The position numbers and the translations under genes are program-made. The notes under the pieces were generated by a model that saw only the letters and a list, made by a program, of their open reading frames with translations, was not told the origin of the DNA and did no database searches. From contig DFOW01000001.1 in assembly GCA_002376885.1 (NCBI GenBank), forward strand, positions 79,381 to 143,380: a stretch of 64,000 nt of DNA. Reading direction: 5' to 3'. Of the stretch, positions 59,406 to 64,000 are shown in pieces. Each line of letters starts with the position of its first letter. Position 1 is the first letter of the stretch. The stretch is from Patescibacteria group bacterium UBA3531 (GTDB taxonomy: Bacteria; Patescibacteriota; Minisyncoccia; Phycocordibacterales; UBA3531).

Positions 59406-60542
59406 CTATGATTTAAACACAAGTGCTGGATCGATTGAATCTATCTTTCTTATTGGAACAAAGGATGACAGAACGCTCATAAATAGCGCAATCACAAACA
59501 CATAAAGGTAATATTTTGCTGGAAGTTCAAAATTTACCGCAGGAACAATATAAAAAGCTATGACCTCTATCAAGAAATATAACCCCACACCAACAACAAA
59601 CCCTAAAACACTTGAAATAAAAGCCTGCTCAAACACGATCCTGTAAAGTTTCCCACTCTTAATTCCTATGGCCTTTAGTACTCCATATTCTTGAGACTTT
59701 TCCGATGTTGTGGAATAGACCGTAATCCCTATAACAGTTACTCCAACAAACAATCCTATAAAAACAAGTATTGATATTATTGGGAGAAAACTATCCTTAA
59801 TAACTTTTTCATTACTATCAGCAATAAACTCGTTTTCAACAACACTAGAGTCGGGAACAATATTTTTAGCAGACTCCAAAACATTGTCAGAATTGCCAGG
59901 CTCTACTTCAAGCAAATAATAGTTAACAATTGGGCCGCTATCAAATACTCTTTGGGCATCAGTTTTTGTAATAAATGTGTACTGAAACACTAGTACATTA
60001 GTATCAAGCGATATACCAGCCACCTTAAATACCTCATCATTAATTACGACTTCATCTCCGAGGTCAACTCCATACGCAAACGCTAGACTCCTGTCAAGAA
60101 TCACCTCACCACTATCTAGGTTTTTGGGGGTCTTTCCATCAAACAAACTCCATGGAGTTCCTGCTCCTGTATTTTGATCAAAACCAAGAACCACAGTTGT
60201 AACTTTCTCATTGTTAATTTCTATCCTCGTAGGAATACTCAATATAGAGCTTGCATTTTTCACGCCCCTTACCTTGCCCAATTCATCTGCAAAACCATCT
60301 AAAAGAAGTGACCTGGTGTGAAACAAGTCCGCACTTCCTTTTTGTATCACCCACAAATCACCCCCCGTCTTAAGAGGCAAATCTCGCGACGGAATAATTG
60401 AACCAAAATATACACCCAGAGGTGCAACGATTACTAGAATAGAAAAAGTAACTCCACCCACACTAGTAGCAAACTTAACCTTTTCTGCCAATAAATTTTT
60501 TCTAGATATAGAAATCATGTGAAAAATAGCTAGACTCCACAA
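59406..60542 (-). CDS. ABC transporter permease (FtsX/MacB-like)
   Basis: N-terminal TM, large periplasmic domain, three C-terminal TM helices. Confidence 0.75.
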   Translation of the reverse strand: MWSLAIFHMISISRKNLLAEKVKFATSVGGVTFSILVIVAPLGVYFGSIIPSRDLPLKTGGDLWVIQKGSADLFHTRSLLLDGFADELGKVRGVKNASSILSIPTRIEINNEKVTTVVLGFDQNTGAGTPWSLFDGKTPKNLDSGEVILDRSLAFAYGVDLGDEVVINDEVFKVAGISLDTNVLVFQYTFITKTDAQRVFDSGPIVNYYLLEVEPGNSDNVLESAKNIVPDSSVVENEFIADSNEKVIKDSFLPIISILVFIGLFVGVTVIGITVYSTTSEKSQEYGVLKAIGIKSGKLYRIVFEQAFISSVLGFVVGVGLYFLIEVIAFYIVPAVNFELPAKYYLYVFVIALFMSVLSSFVPIRKIDSIDPALVFKS

Positions 60543-61420
60543 CCAGCACCTCCTTGTATATTTGTTGGTTTTACTTTTGCCAAAACGCTTCTATATCCGG
60601 ACGCACTTGAATACTCATAACTAAGTAGTTCTTTTGGGGTGATGTCATTCAAATTATTTTCAGAAACATACTGAGCCAAAACAGAATAGGTGCTTGGGAA
60701 CCATAATGCATTGACACCAAGCGCAATGGTATACATTTCATCTTCTGTTGTGTCATTTGCCGCTAACAGCTCAAGGAGTCCAAGCATTGCCATTCCATGA
60801 TTGCAGTCTGGGAAATAGGTTGAGTTCCCGCAACATGGCCTATATATATTTTTGGACACCTCTTCGACACGACGCTGTTGTTCCGGTGTTAGTGTTACAA
60901 ATTCATATTTACTGTAGTGATCCATTGCGTTGCCTCTTGCAATAGACCACCCGCCTGTCGAGGCAAACCTTCCTGCTCCACCATACTTGGGATCCATCAT
61001 CGGACCCTCTTCAAGAATCATGTTTTTATTAGAAAGCCCAAACGCCCACAACACATTTAAAAGCACCCCAGCGTTTTGTTGTGTTATAACAATTTCTCTA
61101 TTATTGCTCTCGAATAATAACTTTCTAGTTTCGGGATCAAGGCCTCCTCGTTTTTCATAAAGTGACTCGAATTTTTCCTTATCTATAACCCCTTGTTCAA
61201 TCATTTGTTTTCCATAGTCAGACCAAATAACAGGAAGAGCAATCTCTTTTGGCATCAGTATTGAAGCAATCTCAGTCTCTTTAGCCACTGTTTCCGAACT
61301 TGTGCGCGCTCTTTGTTCATTACCAGTTAACAAAAAGATACCAAGTATAAGTAACACAAGCACCGCAAGAGAAATAAATCCAATTATATACTCTTTTGAA
61401 TTATTGGTTTTTTGTTCCAT
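60530..61420 (-). CDS. Hypothetical secreted protein
   Basis: N-terminal TM anchor; Cys cluster CCGNSTYFPDCNHG. Confidence 0.5.
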   Translation of the reverse strand: MEQKTNNSKEYIIGFISLAVLVLLILGIFLLTGNEQRARTSSETVAKETEIASILMPKEIALPVIWSDYGKQMIEQGVIDKEKFESLYEKRGGLDPETRKLLFESNNREIVITQQNAGVLLNVLWAFGLSNKNMILEEGPMMDPKYGGAGRFASTGGWSIARGNAMDHYSKYEFVTLTPEQQRRVEEVSKNIYRPCCGNSTYFPDCNHGMAMLGLLELLAANDTTEDEMYTIALGVNALWFPSTYSVLAQYVSENNLNDITPKELLSYEYSSASGYRSVLAKVKPTNIQGGAGCGV

Positions 61421-61426
61421 ATATAA

Positions 61427-61912
61427 TTACCCTTCTTGCTTAATTACGTTTGCGGTAAATTGGACTTTTATATCTGGAGTTGCAGTTGAATTAGTCTTCA
61501 AAAATAATTCTCGCTTAACCGGACCAACCCCATTGGGGCCATGCGCTAGTGGGTCATAAATGGCTGTTAATATCTTCTCATTGCCCGCAGGTATAACGAC
61601 ATTTCCACCCCTGCTTTCATGCATACCAAACCGCAGCCCCCCAATCTCTCCCTCTGTGCACACACAGCTTGTTACCGCAGAAACTATCTCGACGTCCTCT
61701 GCTCCTTCGTTTTTCAAAACATATTCTGTACTTACCTTCCCACCCAAAATATCTATTTCCCCAAAATCATAAAGTGGATTAACTACAGTGATTTCAGAAG
61801 CAGAAGTTGTTTTAATATTGTTCTCTGTAGAATTTCCAGGTGATCCCCACACGACAAGTACAATAGCCACAAGTGCTATTAGACCTAGAATAGTAATGGT
61901 ATTATTTTTCAT
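61427..61912 (-). CDS. DUF1573-domain protein
   Basis: YDFGEI...VLKNEGAEDVEIVSAVTSCVCT pattern typical of DUF1573. Confidence 0.7.
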   Translation of the reverse strand: MKNNTITILGLIALVAIVLVVWGSPGNSTENNIKTTSASEITVVNPLYDFGEIDILGGKVSTEYVLKNEGAEDVEIVSAVTSCVCTEGEIGGLRFGMHESRGGNVVIPAGNEKILTAIYDPLAHGPNGVGPVKRELFLKTNSTATPDIKVQFTANVIKQEG

Positions 61913-61936
61913 ATTTTTTAAATTCCTATTATTAAT

Positions 61937-62773
61937 TTATTTTCCTTCGTCAATGTCGACTTGTATAACTACCTCTGCTTCCGGTGTTGTTGGGTCATTT
62001 GTTGGTATAAACACCGTACGCTTAAATACATCGACAGGCTCTTCGTGAAAATCGGGGTCAAATACGACTGTCAATGTTGCTTCTCCTCCAGAATCTATTG
62101 AAGTTGCTGAGACGGACGCAGATGTACAACTACAACTTGTAGTAATACCACCTATTTCTAAAATACTTGTTCCATTATTTTGTATTGTAAATGTCTCTGT
62201 AACCACACCCCCAAACTGCGGGATAACCCCAAAGTCATGAAATGTTCTGTCAATTGCGATTATTGGTCCGTCTTTTAATGCGCTCGTTTCTGTACCTGAA
62301 CGAAACACATTTCCTTCATATTCTCCAGACTCAGTAAAGGGGTAGCCGTCCTCCTCCCAATGTATCATGCCCCCCGCCACACTTTTAATATTGGTGTACC
62401 CAAGGGAATCCATAATATCGTAAGCCGTCTTGCTTCTAGCGCCACTTCTACAGTAAATAATGATCTCTTTGTTCTTCGCATCCTCACCTAGCCCGATACC
62501 GTTGAGAGATTCTTGAGACAATTCCTGCACTGGAAGCAGTAGTGAGTTTTCAAGGTGCACTTCTTCATATTCTTCTGGGGTACGAACATCAAGAAGGATA
62601 ATATCTTCATTGTTTTTTATCTTCTGGACAACAATAGAGGGGGCTATTTCAAAATCTTTCACATCATCTACATGAGCTACATCTTTCATATCATTACCAG
62701 CAACACTCACAATATACAATAGTACGATGACAATAAGAACAATTACTATATAAAAGATTACCTTTGGATTCAT
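61937..62773 (-). CDS. Rhodanese-domain sulfurtransferase fused to a C-terminal DUF1573 domain
   Basis: Rhodanese active-site loop CRSGARS. C-terminal FHDFGVI...IQNNGTSILEIGGITTSCSCT. Confidence 0.75.
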   Translation of the reverse strand: MNPKVIFYIVIVLIVIVLLYIVSVAGNDMKDVAHVDDVKDFEIAPSIVVQKIKNNEDIILLDVRTPEEYEEVHLENSLLLPVQELSQESLNGIGLGEDAKNKEIIIYCRSGARSKTAYDIMDSLGYTNIKSVAGGMIHWEEDGYPFTESGEYEGNVFRSGTETSALKDGPIIAIDRTFHDFGVIPQFGGVVTETFTIQNNGTSILEIGGITTSCSCTSASVSATSIDSGGEATLTVVFDPDFHEEPVDVFKRTVFIPTNDPTTPEAEVVIQVDIDEGK

Positions 62774-62774
62774 A

Positions 62775-63068
62775 TTATTTCTTCTTAGATACTTTATACA
62801 CCGACAAAATCTCTTTAATTGCTTTCTCTTGATGCTTCTTGCTCTTCATCTGTTCAATAGCATGAGTGGAGAGATGATTTTCGAGCATCATATCTTCTAT
62901 GGAAGAAAGAGCCTCTTTGACAGCTTGTGTTTGAGTAATGATATCAATACAATACTCTTCTTTTTCGGCCATTTTTTGGAGTCCTCTGACTTGCCCCTCA
63001 ATTATTTTTAACCTGTGCATAAGTCGCTTCTTGACGTCTTTTTTCATATGGGTGTATAATACCCCCAT
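62775..63068 (-). CDS. csoR: CsoR/RcnR-family metal-sensing transcriptional repressor
   Basis: 97 aa four-helix protein with conserved C-x-H-x-C ligand positions (YCIDIITQ...H). Confidence 0.75.
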   Translation of the reverse strand: MGVLYTHMKKDVKKRLMHRLKIIEGQVRGLQKMAEKEEYCIDIITQTQAVKEALSSIEDMMLENHLSTHAIEQMKSKKHQEKAIKEILSVYKVSKKK

Positions 63069-63075
63069 AGGGTAT
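63059..63075. promoter_or_regulatory. Candidate CsoR-type operator ATACCC-ccata-GGGTAT in the csoR / His-rich gene divergent region
   Basis: Inverted ataccc/gggtat arms overlapping the csoR start. CsoR operators are typically TACCC...GGGTA-type palindromes. Confidence 0.35.
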
Positions 63076-63135
63076 CCATGTCAATGCGTCGAAACGTGGA
63101 TAACTATATTTATCACAGGTATAAGTATTAAGAAT

Positions 63136-63579
63136 ATGAAAAAAATATTTGTTATTGCATTTTTTCTCGTTCTGACCTCCCCTCTTCTTGTCTATGGGCA
63201 TGCTGGTGAGACAACAGAATCATCTGTCTCCGGCTTCATGATGATGAGACAAATTGAGGACAGTGTACTTGGGAATGAACTCCATGAAGAGATGGAGGGG
63301 TTGATGACCAAAATGATGAGCGGGCAATCTCTTACACAGGACGAGATAAGTAGGGTGACATCTTTTATGGAGGAATACCCTGGTCCACACGCAACAATGA
63401 TGAATCGATTGGGATACGAAGGATACAGTTGGGGAACCCATCCTCATTACAACTATGGCCATGGCGGTGTAGGGATGTTTGGGTTTAGTACAGGGTTCAT
63501 GTGGGTAACGCAACTCTTGTTTTGGGGAGTGCTAATACTCGCCATCGTTGCACTTATTAAGTGGATTAATAAAAAATAA
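63136..63579 (+). CDS. Secreted His/Met-rich putative metal-binding protein with a C-terminal TM anchor
   Basis: Signal peptide MKKIFVIAFFLVLTSPLLVYGHAGE. Met/His clusters MMMRQ, HEEMEGLMTKMM, HPHYNYGHGG. Start at the internal ATG of the longer ORF. Confidence 0.6.
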   Translation: MKKIFVIAFFLVLTSPLLVYGHAGETTESSVSGFMMMRQIEDSVLGNELHEEMEGLMTKMMSGQSLTQDEISRVTSFMEEYPGPHATMMNRLGYEGYSWGTHPHYNYGHGGVGMFGFSTGFMWVTQLLFWGVLILAIVALIKWINKK

Positions 63580-63580
63580 G

Positions 63581-63970
63581 ATGGAATACGGTTACAGAAA
63601 AAAAATAAATCTTTCCTTTGAGAAAGCTATAGAGAAGGCCAGATCGGAACTTACAAAAGAAGGATTTGGTGTGCTTACCGAAATCGACGTTAGGGACACC
63701 TTAAAGAAAAAGCTTGATGTTGAATTTGATAACTACATAATTCTTGGTGCATGCAATCCACCGTTTGCCCACAAATCTCTTTTGGTAGAAAAAGAAATTG
63801 GGCTCTTGCTTCCTTGTAATGTGATCGTATATCAGAATGAAGATGATGTGTACGTTTCTGCAATAGTTCCTTCAGTTGCCATGAACATGGTAGAAAATAA
63901 AGAACTAAAGATAATCGCCCAAGAGGTTGAAAACAAATTGAAAAAGGTTGTTGACAACATCAACACATAG
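63581..63970 (+). CDS. DUF302-domain protein
   Basis: FGVLTEIDV...ILGACNPPFAHKSL...LLPCNVIVY matches the DUF302 signature. Start at the internal ATG (MEYGY). Confidence 0.7.
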   Translation: MEYGYRKKINLSFEKAIEKARSELTKEGFGVLTEIDVRDTLKKKLDVEFDNYIILGACNPPFAHKSLLVEKEIGLLLPCNVIVYQNEDDVYVSAIVPSVAMNMVENKELKIIAQEVENKLKKVVDNINT

Positions 63971-64000
63971 GTCGATCTTATAAGCCAACACGCTAAATTA

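Overview
This 64-kb window is from a low-GC, minus-strand-dominated bacterial genome whose gene content suggests a small-genome, possibly CPR/Patescibacteria-like organism (my inference). Housekeeping genes include ychF, a ROK kinase, trxB, a glutaredoxin-like protein, ddl, tRNA-Ala(UGC), a free-standing GIY-YIG protein, a uvrC-uvrA-uvrB cluster, tgt and cdaA. Three giant secreted paralogous surface proteins share a roughly 600-aa C-terminal module ending in a putative peptidoglycan-binding domain. Their N-terminal heads differ: an FG-GAP/VCBS propeller, a SASA/SGNH esterase, and a Cys/Trp-motif head. An alpha-glucan cluster (GH15, GH57, glycosyltransferase) sits mid-window, and a large metal/redox-homeostasis block occupies the last third (ferric reductase, cupredoxins, DsbA, CDF, CcdA-like, thioredoxins, CopA, CFA synthase, ABC transporter, rhodanese/DUF1573, CsoR, His/Met-rich protein, DUF302). 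The most unusual signal is a series of short, sharply high-GC islands scattered through the low-GC backbone. Several carry actinobacteria-flavoured genes (DUF5679 zinc ribbon, a frameshifted gene next to the tRNA-Ala 3' end, a second SASA esterase with GC-rich codons, a double-CxxC ribbon, a truncated IclR) together with their own GC-rich terminators. An approximately 860-bp GC-rich repeat-bearing noncoding tract follows an XRE-regulator/membrane-protein/366-aa cassette. The tgt-GH15 intergenic region holds a promoter-plus-terminator-bounded candidate ncRNA of about 250 nt, a perfect 32-nt TTACGTAA palindrome, two 60-nt direct repeats and nested long hairpins. A related TACGTAAC palindrome sits upstream of the XRE gene. 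All calls rest on sequence reading and motif recognition only, without any database searches.
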